Below are positions 1 through 10,205 of a stretch of DNA of 14,617 bases, in pieces. Source of the stretch: Candidatus Eiseniibacteriota bacterium. Its GTDB lineage: Bacteria; Eisenbacteria; RBG-16-71-46; SZUA-252. Position 1 is the stretch's first letter; each line of letters starts with the position of its first letter. A program made the position numbers and the translations under genes. Location of the stretch: the NCBI GenBank assembly GCA_031370645.1, contig JANMQV010000177.1, forward strand, positions 1 to 14,617, written 5' to 3'. The notes under the pieces are model-generated. The model was not told where the DNA came from and made no database searches. It saw only the letters and a program-made list of their open reading frames with translations.

Positions 1-1064
1 AGATAGAACTGATCGCCGCTTTGGGACTTGAACGGCTCGCCGCGGAGCGTGCCGATCCCGCCGAGATCCCAAATCTTCTGTGCCGGGAGGCTCCCCGAGC
101 GTGTGGAACCGAGAATCGCGCGGGCGCGGAAGCCCTGGCCCGGCGAAAGTCGCTGGCGGAGATTTCCCTGGATGCGGATCCGGCCGTAATCGAAATCGCG
201 TTCGATCGGCGCGCCGGCGCGCTCGTAGCGAACGATGATCCGCGACCCGCCTTTCGGCGGAAGCACGGCGGGCCCCACGCGGACCGCGCCCCAGACGAGA
301 CCCTCCTCGCCGCGTTCGATGGCGGGGTTCGCGCGGAAGAGGTCGTCCACGCCCCACGCGGCCACGCGCGTTTCGACGTCGAGTGGGTTCTGATCTTCCA
401 AGCGCGCGCCGGCGGAGAACCCGGCGTCGCGGCCCGGAGTGACGGAGAGGTGCCCTTCGAAGCCCTCGGCCTCGTAATAGTCGAGGTAGTCCTTTCGCGA
501 GAGGAGCGCGAAGAGACTGTTCTCGAATTCGCTCACGATCCAGGCGTCCTCGCTCGCGGTGCGGCGATAGATGCTCCCACCGATCGTGACGGTGCGGGCG
601 CGTCCGATCGGCACGTCGGCGGCGAATTCGGCAAGGAGCCGCTCCCGCGAGATCGCAACCGTCGCTTGCGCGCGAAGAAGCGGGAGCGGATCGACTTCAT
701 TTCGAACGGAGAGCCCGACGGTGGGTGCGGGACCGTCGACGCGGTTGTAGCGGAATCCGATCACCGGCGCGAGGCGATATTCCTCGGGGAGCCCCATCGA
801 GAGCGTCTCCCACTCGGCCGGCTGCGCGGCGGGAAGGGGCGCGGTCGCCGCGGGGGCTCGCAACGAATCGGCGGCGGCCGAGATGGCGGCGGCGGCGCCC
901 GTCACCGCGGTCGCCGTGTCCTCCACCGGGCCGGCGACGCACCCCGCCGCTCCAAGGAGCCCGAGCGCGCCGAATAGCCCCATCGCGCAGCGGCGTCCGA
1001 GCACGCCTGCCCGGCGGGCCACGGCAGCAAGTCCGCGCCGCGACTCGCCCCGCGCGCGCCTCAC
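1..1064 (-). CDS. Outer-membrane beta-barrel protein, Omp85/BamA-TamA- or DUF5686-like; runs off the left edge; absent from the ORF track
   Basis: Manual translation from GTG 1064 (alternative ATG 983) is open to the window edge. It contains IGFRYNRVDG, ENSLFALLSRKDYLDYYEAEG and LPAQKIWDLGGIGTLRG, the last resembling the Omp85 loop-6 LGG..TLRG motif. There is an N-terminal hydrophobic segment LFGALGLLGAAGC. Confidence 0.75.
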   Translation of the reverse strand, partial: MRRARGESRRGLAAVARRAGVLGRRCAMGLFGALGLLGAAGCVAGPVEDTATAVTGAAAAISAAADSLRAPAATAPLPAAQPAEWETLSMGLPEEYRLAPVIGFRYNRVDGPAPTVGLSVRNEVDPLPLLRAQATVAISRERLLAEFAADVPIGRARTVTIGGSIYRRTASEDAWIVSEFENSLFALLSRKDYLDYYEAEGFEGHLSVTPGRDAGFSAGARLEDQNPLDVETRVAAWGVDDLFRANPAIERGEEGLVWGAVRVGPAVLPPKGGSRIIVRYERAGAPIERDFDYGRIRIQGNLRQRLSPGQGFRARAILGSTRSGSLPAQKIWDLGGIGTLRGEPFKSQSGDQFY

Positions 1065-1119
1065 CTCAGGAGGCCGACGCATCGCGCGTGAGTCCATAGC
1101 GCTTGATCTTCCGGTGAAG

Positions 1120-2423
<1,304 letters not shown>

Positions 2424-2427
<4 letters not shown>

Positions 2428-4010
2428 CGGGCGGGCTCCGCGCCGGGAGAAGAAGCCGGGGCGCCTCCGTCCGGCGCGGACGGAAGGGCGACGGTGGCGC
2501 GCGTTCCCGCGCCGGGGCTCGACGTCAGCACGAAGCGGCCGCCATGTTGTTCCACGATTCGTTGAACCAGTGTCAGTCCCAATCCGCTCCCGCTCGATTT
2601 GGTTGTGAAGCCGGGATGCCCCGCCCGTTCGAGGGTCGAGGGATCCATTCCCGGCCCAGTGTCGACGACTTCCAAGAGCACGCCGCCGCCGGGCGCCCCA
2701 TCGCGACAAACGTGCAGCGTGATCTCCCCCTGTCCGCCCATGGCGTCGAGCGCGTTCTTGATGAGGTTCACGAGCACGCGCTGAATCTGTCCCGGGTCGG
2801 CCCAGGCTACGGGAACCGACGCCTCCGCCTCAACGCGGAATGTGACGGGGGAACTCCCGCGATAAAGGCGCGCCACGTCCTCCACCAGCGCCGTGAGATC
2901 GCATGCCTGGAATTTCGGCTCCGGAAGCTGCGCCACCGACGAGAAGGCGGTGGCGAATTCCTGGAGCGAGCGGACCTCGCGGAGGATCGAATCGGTGTTC
3001 TCGCGCACGACCTCCGCACGCGGCCCCTCGTCGCGGCGCGATTCCTCTTGGAGCCGCTGAAGCGCGAATTGGATCGGCGTGAGTGGATTTCGGATCTCGT
3101 GCGCCACCGCGCGCGCCACCTCGCGCCACGCCGCCAGCCGCTCCGCTTTCAGGAGCGCGCGCCGCGACGACTGGATCTCCTCCACCATCCGATTGAAGGC
3201 GCGGCCGAGATAGCGAACCTCCGTCGTGCCACGGGGCGCCACGCGATGATCGAGATCGCCCTGCGTCACGCGCTCCATTCCCGAGCGAAGTTCCAGCACC
3301 GGGCGCGCGATCCCGCGCGATACCGCGACCGCCAGCACGAAGGAGAGGAGGCCGAGGATCACGGTCCAGAGGGCGGCGAAGATCCAGAGGCCACGTTGCG
3401 AGAGGGAGGTGTAGATCCCGAGCCGCCGGTACATGGTGAGATTCTTCTGGAGTGATTCGATCTCGGAGGAGACTTCGGGGTCGAGTTGGTATCCGGTGAG
3501 GATGACGTGAGTCCCCCCGAGCGCCACGACGCCGCTCACCTGGCGCGGCACTTCGCCGCCCGAGACGATTCCCCCTTCTTCGCGCGCGCTGAGGAGCGAT
3601 GCTTTGTCGGGCGCCGGAAGGGTGATCCGCGGGCCCAAGCGCGCGCCGAAGAGGCGCTTCGCTGTCTCGCCGCTCAGATCGTAGAGGCAGATGTAGTCGA
3701 GCCCTCGGCTCCTCGCCTCGTCGCGCAGGTATTTTTCGAGCGCGGGGAACTGCCTCGCTTGGAAGAGGCGGACCGTTTCGCTGTCGAGCGCCAGGACTTC
3801 GCCGTGCTGACGCGCGTCGCTCCCGAGCCGTTCGATTCCCTGGCGGATCACCTCGAGCGACTGTCCCAACGCGCGCTCCGTCTCGGGGTTCCGGAGCATG
3901 GCGAGACTCTTGGCGAGATATTGGGTGACCGCGAAGGTGAGACCGAGGCTCGGAATGAGGGCGACGAGGAAAAAGAGCGCGAGGAGACGCCCGCGCAGCG
4001 TGCGGAACAT
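2424..4010 (-). CDS. Membrane HAMP-domain sensor histidine kinase, NtrY-like
   Basis: Two TM segments flank a periplasmic domain, followed by HAMP. H-box AWREVARAVAHEIRNPLTPIQ is typical of the NtrY family. N-box NLIKNALDA, G1 DTGPGM, G2 GSGLGL. GGAG RBS upstream. Confidence 0.93.
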
Positions 4011-4025
4011 CGCGCGCTCCGCGCC

Positions 4026-5138
4026 TTAGCGCGGCGGCTCCTCCGCCATGCCGGCCAGCTGCCCGCAGGCGGCGCCGATGTCGACCCCCTGGCTGTAGCG
4101 CACCGTCACCGCGGCGACTCGCGGCCCGAGGTAGTCGACGAATCGCTGGATCCGATCGGCGGACGGACGCTTGAATTTCCCCGGTCCGATCGGGTTGTAG
4201 GGGATGAGGTTGATCTTGCAGGGAATCTGACCGACCAGGCGGACCAATTTCGCCGCGTCGCCGACCGAATCGTTGATCTCTTCGATGAGGATGTATTCGA
4301 ACGTCACGCGCCGCCCCGTCACTTCGACGTGGTGGTTCACTGCTTTCATGAGCGGCGCCAGCGGGAAGGTGCGGTTCACCGGCATCAATTTCGAACGCGC
4401 GGCGTCCGTCGCGGCGTGAAGCGAGATGGCGAGCCGGTAGCGATGCCCCTCGTTCGCCAGGCGTAAGATTTGAGGCACGAGTCCGACGGTGGAGATCGTG
4501 ATCCGCTTCGGCGTGATGCCGATGCCCGTCGGCGCCGGAAGCGTGAGGAGTCCGAGCGCCGTGATGACCGCGTCGTAGTTCTCGAGCGGCTCGCCCATCC
4601 CCATCATGACCACATTGAAATCGGATACGCCCGGGGGGAGTTCGCGCCGCAGGCGAAGCGCCTGCTCCAGGATTTCTCCCGCCGTGAGATTCCGCCCGCG
4701 GCCCATGCGTCCAGTGGCGCAGAAGCGGCAGGCGAAGCCGCAGCCGTGCTGCGACGAGAGGCAGAAGGTGACGCGCTTCGGGGTCGACATGTAGACCGAT
4801 TCGACGATGCCGCCGTCGGGAAGCGCGAGCGCGAACTTTCGCGTCTTCCTGTCGGGCGTCTCGCGCCGCGTGGTCTCGCGAAGCGATCCGATGCGATAGT
4901 GCTGATCGAGTTTTGCGCGGAGCGACTGGGGGAGGTTCGTCATCGTGGCGAAGTCGCGCGCGCCGCGGCCGTAGAGCCACTCGGCGACCTGGCGACCACG
5001 GAACGGCTTCTCCTCCAAATCGAGGAGCGTCTTCTCCAGCTCCTCCACAGAAAGGCCAAGCAGGTTCTCGCGCTCGTCGAGAGCGCCGCCCCCGCCGCCA
5101 TTTTGCGACAGGATAATGGGTTCCGGCTTTACAGTCAT
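4026..5138 (-). CDS. rlmN: 23S rRNA (adenine2503-C2)/tRNA methyltransferase RlmN (radical SAM)
   Basis: CLSSQHGCGFACRFC (CxxxCxxC), MGMGEPL, ISTVG, ISLHA, FEYILI, NLIPYNP and C-terminal DIGAACGQL. Confidence 0.96.
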   Translation of the reverse strand: MTVKPEPIILSQNGGGGGALDERENLLGLSVEELEKTLLDLEEKPFRGRQVAEWLYGRGARDFATMTNLPQSLRAKLDQHYRIGSLRETTRRETPDRKTRKFALALPDGGIVESVYMSTPKRVTFCLSSQHGCGFACRFCATGRMGRGRNLTAGEILEQALRLRRELPPGVSDFNVVMMGMGEPLENYDAVITALGLLTLPAPTGIGITPKRITISTVGLVPQILRLANEGHRYRLAISLHAATDAARSKLMPVNRTFPLAPLMKAVNHHVEVTGRRVTFEYILIEEINDSVGDAAKLVRLVGQIPCKINLIPYNPIGPGKFKRPSADRIQRFVDYLGPRVAAVTVRYSQGVDIGAACGQLAGMAEEPPR

Positions 5139-5146
5139 AAGCCCCT

Positions 5147-5176
5147 ATGCTACGGTCCCGCCGTTCCCGCCGTCAA
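5147..5176 (-). promoter_or_regulatory. Putative sigma-70 promoter of the rlmN operon
   Basis: On the minus strand: TTGACG (5176-5171), 18 bp spacer, TAGCAT (5152-5147), ending 8 nt before the rlmN ATG. Confidence 0.6.
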
Positions 5177-5202
5177 CCCACGGCTGACGGCGCTCCTCCT
5201 TA

Positions 5203-6180
5203 TTGCATACGAGGGTTCGCGCTACGCCTGGTCCCACGGAGAGCACGGTCCGCATCGGAGCGGTCGATATCGGCACCAATTCGGTCCGCTTACTCGTGGC
5301 CGACGTCGACCCCCTTCAGCGACTTCGAACCGCCCACCGGATGGGGGAGATCTCCCGGCTCGGCGAGGGGTTGGACCGGACCGGCGTCATCGACGAGCCG
5401 GCCGTTCTCCGCACACTCGAATGCCTCGAGCGCTTCGTTCAGGAAGCCGAATACAGCGGCGCGAGCCACATCCGCGTGGCCGGCACGAGCGCGCTGCGAT
5501 CCGCCACCAACGGCCCCGACGTCGCCGCCCGATTCGCCGACCGGATCGGGTATCCGGTCGAAATTCTCTCCGGCGAGGAAGAGGCCCGCCTCGTCTTCCT
5601 CGCCGTCTCGAGCGGCCTGGCCGGGAAGAGTGGCGCCACGGTCGTCGTCGATATCGGGGGCGGGAGCACCGAGGTCATCGTCGGTTCGGGGGACGAAGGG
5701 CGTGAGGTGATCAGTCTCCCCCTTGGATGCGTCCACCTGACCGAGCGTCTTATCCACAACGACCCGCCACAGACCGCCGAACTCGATGCCGTCCGAAATC
5801 TAGTCCAAACCACTTTCGCCGAACGGCTTGCCGATTTCGGCACAGGCCCCGTGGAGCGGGCGGTCGGAGTCGGGGGGACGGTCACGGCGTTTGGCGCTCT
5901 CGACATGGGGCTCGCCAAGTACGACCCCTCACGAATCGAGAACCACTTCCTGAGCAAGGATCGAGTGCTGGCAATCGAGCGGGAGCTCTGTTCGACGCCG
6001 CTCAAACTTCGCCGGGAGCTTCCCGGAGTGAGCCGGGGGCGCGCCGACATCATTCCGGCGGGGTCGGTCATTCTCTCGGAATTCGTTACCCGTTTCCCGG
6101 TCGGCGGTCTCTTCGTTTCCACACGGGGGCTCCGCTACGGACTCGTTCTGAGCGAGGCCCGACGCGCCATCGGGAGGTAG
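5203..6180 (+). CDS. ppx: Ppx/GppA family exopolyphosphatase / pppGpp phosphohydrolase, short form without a C-terminal HD domain; start uncertain
   Basis: AVDIGTNSVRLLV, RLGEG, GTSALR, ILSGEEEARL, DIGGGSTE, SLPLG, GVGGT, RADII and GLRYG. Confidence 0.93.
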   Translation: MHTRVRATPGPTESTVRIGAVDIGTNSVRLLVADVDPLQRLRTAHRMGEISRLGEGLDRTGVIDEPAVLRTLECLERFVQEAEYSGASHIRVAGTSALRSATNGPDVAARFADRIGYPVEILSGEEEARLVFLAVSSGLAGKSGATVVVDIGGGSTEVIVGSGDEGREVISLPLGCVHLTERLIHNDPPQTAELDAVRNLVQTTFAERLADFGTGPVERAVGVGGTVTAFGALDMGLAKYDPSRIENHFLSKDRVLAIERELCSTPLKLRRELPGVSRGRADIIPAGSVILSEFVTRFPVGGLFVSTRGLRYGLVLSEARRAIGR

Positions 6181-6241
6181 CCCCGGTCTAGACTTTCGGC
6201 TGGAAAACCCAGGGAACTCGAGGTTTGGTCGTATTCAGCCC

Positions 6242-6270
6242 TTGACAGTCGCCCTAAGTCGTCGTATCTT
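6242..6270 (+). promoter_or_regulatory. Sigma-70-type promoter upstream of the small secreted ORF and the TPR activator
   Basis: Perfect -35 TTGACA (6242-6247), 17 bp spacer, -10 TATCTT (6265-6270). Confidence 0.7.
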
Positions 6271-6439
6271 CTGTAACTAGCGGAACTGTACGCAGGCGGG
6301 AGGCCGCCCCCTCTCGGGGATGTCCCTCCACGATTTCGGTCCCAAACTCGAAATCACGTCGCCCGCAAGCGGCACTTCCGTACTCAGGAACGGAAATCGA
6401 TGGATATGCCGGCGTCGATTTACCGACAAGGAGCATGGA

Positions 6440-6757
6440 ATGAGGATCCGGGTCACACAACGCATCCTGCTTCTAGGAATTGTCCTCGCCCTGCTCTGCG
6501 CCCTCCCGGCGGTCACACCCTCGCCTACTTACGCAAGACCTTTCAACTGGGACAAGGATCCAACCGATCCGAACAACCCGGGCCCCATCCTTGGTGATGG
6601 TGATGGGACCGTTGTGAAGGCGCGTTATGTCGGCGGCACCACCTACGACGCTTTGAAGACGTCGACGGTGTCGGTGACCACCCAACGGACGTGGAGCATT
6701 TGGAGGACGTACCTGTCGCTGGTGCGCTGGGGCTTCGGGGGACGCTGGACGCCGTAG
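6440..6757 (+). CDS. Small (105 aa) secreted protein, candidate signalling-peptide precursor
   Basis: AAGGAG RBS (6428-6433) lies 6 nt before ATG 6440. Sec signal MRIRVTQR-ILLLGIVLALLCALPAV-TPSPTYA, then an Asp/Pro/Gly-rich segment (DKDPTDPNNPGPILGDGDG) and a Trp/Arg-rich C-terminus. The 6320 start in the track lacks these cues. Confidence 0.75.
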   Translation: MRIRVTQRILLLGIVLALLCALPAVTPSPTYARPFNWDKDPTDPNNPGPILGDGDGTVVKARYVGGTTYDALKTSTVSVTTQRTWSIWRTYLSLVRWGFGGRWTP

Positions 6758-6830
6758 CGACGCGGTTGTAACGACGCAGTCGCCGTTCAGCAGCCCGATC
6801 TCCTACAGAGACGTTCAACGAGGGCCGGTA

Positions 6831-9800
6831 ATGGACGGAATCGTCCCCAAGGACCGCGCACATAGCCCCTCGAGGGATTCCGCAAACGCCGCGCCGCGGG
6901 TGGAGCTAGCTCCACCCGCGGTCGCGGACGAGCGGGCACAGGAACTCGGCGACCTCTATTTCGCCGCCGAGAATTTCCCGGTCGCCCTCGAGTACTACCG
7001 TCGCGCGCTCGATTTCGAAGCGCGTCGCGCGGACGCGGCGAACCGAGAAGTGATGCTTCGCATCGGGTTCCGGCTCGTCGAGTGCTTGCGGCACCGAGGC
7101 GATCTCTCCGAAGCAGTCGACGCCCTTCACGATCTCCACACGCGGCTCCGCCCCCACGTCACGCGGGAACAAGTGGGCCGCCTCTCGGTTAGCCTGGCGA
7201 TGGTGCTTCAAGACCGCGGCGAATATCGCGCAGCCTACCGCTCCGCCAGCCTCGGCTACCGACTCCTCCGGGACACGAGCCACCACATCGATTTGGGCCG
7301 CGCCGAAGTCGTGCTCGGCCTGGTTGCGCTTCGCACTGGAGACGGTGAAACGGCGCGAGAGCACTTCGAGAGCAGCATCGCCACGTTCCGCCGCGCCGGC
7401 TATCCGGCCGGCATGATGGCGGCGTACAACAACCTCGCGCTGGTGCACAAGAATCAGTGCCGGTTCAAGGAAGCGGCTCGCTTCCTCGAGCAGGCGCTCC
7501 GCATCGGTGAACGCGCCGGCTTCTTCCTCGACTCGGCGACCTTCCTCCACAACCTCGGCATCGTCCACGAGAAGCTGGGCGAACTCGATCGGGCGGAGGA
7601 GCATTACCAGCGCGCGCTGAACGTCTACACCGAGATGGGCTATCAGCCCGGCCGCGCCCGCTCCACGAACTGCCTCGGCATCGTCCGCCGCCGCCGCCGC
7701 GACTACGCCACCGCGCTCACGTTGAGCCGCGAGGCGCTGTCGATCGCGGAAGAGCGGGGGTACGCTCGGGAGCGCGTGGTCATTCAGGAAGCGATCGGCG
7801 ATATCTACGCCGAGAAAGGCGAGTTCGATCTCGCCCGCCGCGCCTACGACACCACCTACTCCCTCTCCGAGCAGATTGCCCCCGAGTCCGACCTCACCGT
7901 GCAGATCATTCGCCGCCTCGGCGATCTCGAGTTGGCGGTCGGCAATCTGGATGCCGCCACGCGCCACGCCGATCGGACGCTCGATCTGGCGCGCCGCCTG
8001 CGGGATCGGTACGAGGAGGGTTGCGGGCTTCGCCTCTACGGGCTCATCCGCGCGGAAGCGGGCGACCTCGAAGCGGCGGCCGCCGCGCTCAGCGAAGCGG
8101 GAGAACTCTTCAGCACGCTTGGCATTCGCTACGAGTTGGCCCGGCTTCAGATCGCCGCCGGCGTCTCCTGGCGGCGCCGCGCTCGCCGCGGCAAGTCGCG
8201 CGGCGTGCTCGACCAGTCGGTCGCGTTCCTGCGCCGCGCGGTCGCGAGTTTCGAAGGGCTCGCTGTTCCCGCCTGGACGTCGCGCGCGCTTCTGGAATTG
8301 GCGCGGAGCGAACTCCTCCGCGGCCTCGTGGACGAAGCGGTCATTCACGTCGACTCAGCCTCCTCGCTGATTCCGAGCGAAGACGATCCCACGTTGGCTC
8401 GGGAAATCGACGAGTTCCGCGCCGAGATCGAGCGCGGGCTGATCGAGGGGACCTCGTCCTCCAGCAACGAATTCGCCGCCTTCGAAGAAGTTCGGGACGT
8501 GCTCCGTCGCGGCGACGCCGATGCGGCCGTGCAGGACGTTCTTTCGGTGGTGGCCCGCCGCACGAACGCCACCCGCGGATTCGTGTCGGCGCCGTCCACT
8601 TCGGGCTCCCTGGAAATCGTCGGAGCGCTCGGCATCGCGCCTCGTTCCGCCCACGAACTGCTGGCCGAGATCGATCGCCGCGTCGGCTCGCCCCGGCTCG
8701 CCTCGGCCCCGCTCGTCGCGAGCCGCGCCAGTGCCGACGAACGATTCCGCGACCTTCCTGCCTCGGCCCACGTGGGTCCGCGCACGACGATCGCGATCGT
8801 TCCGCTGCCGCTTCCCTCGGGCCAGCCCGGCTACCTCTATCTCGACCGGAGCGAGGACGGCCCGTTCGGCGCCTTCAAGCAGCGCGAAATCAATCTCATG
8901 GCCGTTCTGGCGAATCACGTGGCGATGGCGATCTTGGAACTGCAGCGCCAGAAACTGGCGAATGAGAACAGCGCGCTCCGCGGGCGGCTACTCGGCTCGG
9001 CCAACGAACATGGCATCGTCACCCGAAGCCCCGACCTGCTCGAGATCCTCTCGTTGCTCGATCGCGTCGGACCCTCGGACGCCACGATTCTCATCGAGGG
9101 CGAGACGGGAAGCGGCAAGGGCCTCCTGGCGCGCGCCATTCACGCGTCGAGCACCCGTGTTCAGAAGCCGCTCATCACCGTGAACTGCGCCGCGCTTCCC
9201 GAGCACCTGCTCGAGAGTGAGCTCTTCGGCCATGTGCAGGGAGCCTTCACGGGTGCCGTGCGCGACAAGGTCGGACTTTTCATCGAAGCGAACGGCGGTA
9301 CCATCTTCCTCGACGAAGTCGACAAGACCTCGATCACCATCCAGGGCAAGCTCCTACAGGTGCTCGATACGAAGGAAGTGCGCCCGGTCGGCGGTAACCG
9401 CGCGACCAAGGTGGACGTGCGCGTCCTCTGCGCCACCAACGTGAATTTGAAGGCGCGAATCGCCCGCGGCGAGTTCTTGGAGGACCTCTTCTACCGTCTG
9501 AACGACATCTGCTTCCGCGTGCCGCCACTCCGCGAACGGCCCGAGGATGTTCCGATCCTGGTCGAGCACTACGCGCGACGCTACGCGGCCGAGATGGCGA
9601 AGGATATCCGGGGGATCGATTCCGAGTTGATCGGGACGTTCGCCGGGCTTCCGTGGCGCGGAAACGTGCGCGAGTTGGAGAAGGTCGTGAAGCGGATGGT
9701 GGTGATGGCGAACGACGGCGATTCGCTTTCGCTGCGCTTGGTTCCGAAGGAGCTGCTGAAGGTCGAGGAGGAAGTGTCTGAGGGACCGGCAAGTCTCCGT

Positions 9801-9968
9801 GCCGAGGTGGCGAAGGTGGAGCGCCGGCTCATCGCGGGGGCGCTGGAGCGCCACAATTGGAACAAGCTCCAGGCCGCGAAGGAACTTTCGCTCAGCTACC
9901 CGACCCTCCTCCAGAAGATTAAGATCTTCCGGCTCGATCGCCGGACGGTGATTCGGCAAAGAGCTTAA
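6831..9968 (+). CDS. TPR-repeat / GAF / sigma-54 AAA+ / Fis-HTH transcriptional activator (bacterial enhancer-binding protein)
   Basis: About 500 aa of TPR-like repeats (e.g. AYNNLALVHKNQCRFKEAARFLEQAL, LHNLGIVHEKLGELDRAEEHYQRAL). A GAF-like segment ends in GYLYLDR...FKQREINLMAVLANHVAMAI. Walker A GETGSGKG (nt 9099), intact GAFTGA (nt 9240), FLDEV, EDLFYRLN, WRGNVREL and C-terminal WNKLQAAKELSLSYPTLLQKIK. Confidence 0.93.
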   Translation: MDGIVPKDRAHSPSRDSANAAPRVELAPPAVADERAQELGDLYFAAENFPVALEYYRRALDFEARRADAANREVMLRIGFRLVECLRHRGDLSEAVDALHDLHTRLRPHVTREQVGRLSVSLAMVLQDRGEYRAAYRSASLGYRLLRDTSHHIDLGRAEVVLGLVALRTGDGETAREHFESSIATFRRAGYPAGMMAAYNNLALVHKNQCRFKEAARFLEQALRIGERAGFFLDSATFLHNLGIVHEKLGELDRAEEHYQRALNVYTEMGYQPGRARSTNCLGIVRRRRRDYATALTLSREALSIAEERGYARERVVIQEAIGDIYAEKGEFDLARRAYDTTYSLSEQIAPESDLTVQIIRRLGDLELAVGNLDAATRHADRTLDLARRLRDRYEEGCGLRLYGLIRAEAGDLEAAAAALSEAGELFSTLGIRYELARLQIAAGVSWRRRARRGKSRGVLDQSVAFLRRAVASFEGLAVPAWTSRALLELARSELLRGLVDEAVIHVDSASSLIPSEDDPTLAREIDEFRAEIERGLIEGTSSSSNEFAAFEEVRDVLRRGDADAAVQDVLSVVARRTNATRGFVSAPSTSGSLEIVGALGIAPRSAHELLAEIDRRVGSPRLASAPLVASRASADERFRDLPASAHVGPRTTIAIVPLPLPSGQPGYLYLDRSEDGPFGAFKQREINLMAVLANHVAMAILELQRQKLANENSALRGRLLGSANEHGIVTRSPDLLEILSLLDRVGPSDATILIEGETGSGKGLLARAIHASSTRVQKPLITVNCAALPEHLLESELFGHVQGAFTGAVRDKVGLFIEANGGTIFLDEVDKTSITIQGKLLQVLDTKEVRPVGGNRATKVDVRVLCATNVNLKARIARGEFLEDLFYRLNDICFRVPPLRERPEDVPILVEHYARRYAAEMAKDIRGIDSELIGTFAGLPWRGNVRELEKVVKRMVVMANDGDSLSLRLVPKELLKVEEEVSEGPASLRAEVAKVERRLIAGALERHNWNKLQAAKELSLSYPTLLQKIKIFRLDRRTVIRQRA

Positions 9969-9998
9969 AAATCTTGTATAAAGGAATTTGATATACCT

Positions 9999-10031
9999 AA
10001 ACCCATGCACCGCATGGGTTTTCTTTTTTTT
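9999..10031 (+). terminator. Intrinsic terminator after the TPR activator
   Basis: AAACCCATGC-acc-GCATGGGTTT inverted repeat followed by TCTTTTTTTT. Confidence 0.85.
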
Positions 10032-10179
10032 GCCTCCGCGACTAGCAAGTTTCTATTAAACCAACTGTCAACAAGACCCCATCCGAGGACACAAACGGGC
10101 GCCGCGACCAGGTGGTTAACTCGTTTTTTGATTTAGCATTACGGACTTAATTCACCCATCGATAAGGTTCCTCTCTGGA

Positions 10180-10195
10180 TGGCACGTCGGATGCT
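10180..10195 (+). promoter_or_regulatory. Sigma-54 (-24/-12) promoter 1
   Basis: TGGCACG-TCGG-ATGCT. GG (10181-82) and GC (10193-94) are separated by the canonical 10 bp. It follows an AT-rich intergenic tract. Confidence 0.75.
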
Positions 10196-10205
10196 TTGAG
10201 TATGG

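Noticed and set aside
21-977. 318-aa plus-strand ORF and other long overlapping ORFs in the track (e.g. 2830-4980, 6906-8348, 13066-14352)
   Set aside because: Shadow or alternate-frame ORFs of motif-bearing genes, as expected at high GC; they have no recognisable motifs.
6369-6386. CGGCAC as a sigma-54 -24 box upstream of the peptide gene
   Set aside because: There is no GC at the required -12 position.
6757-6783. Weak hairpin (GCGAC...GTCGC) between the peptide gene and the activator as a terminator
   Set aside because: The stem is bulged and there is no U-tract.
7686-7700. (CGC)5 run encoding poly-Arg in the TPR region
   Set aside because: Short, in frame and unremarkable in GC-rich coding sequence.
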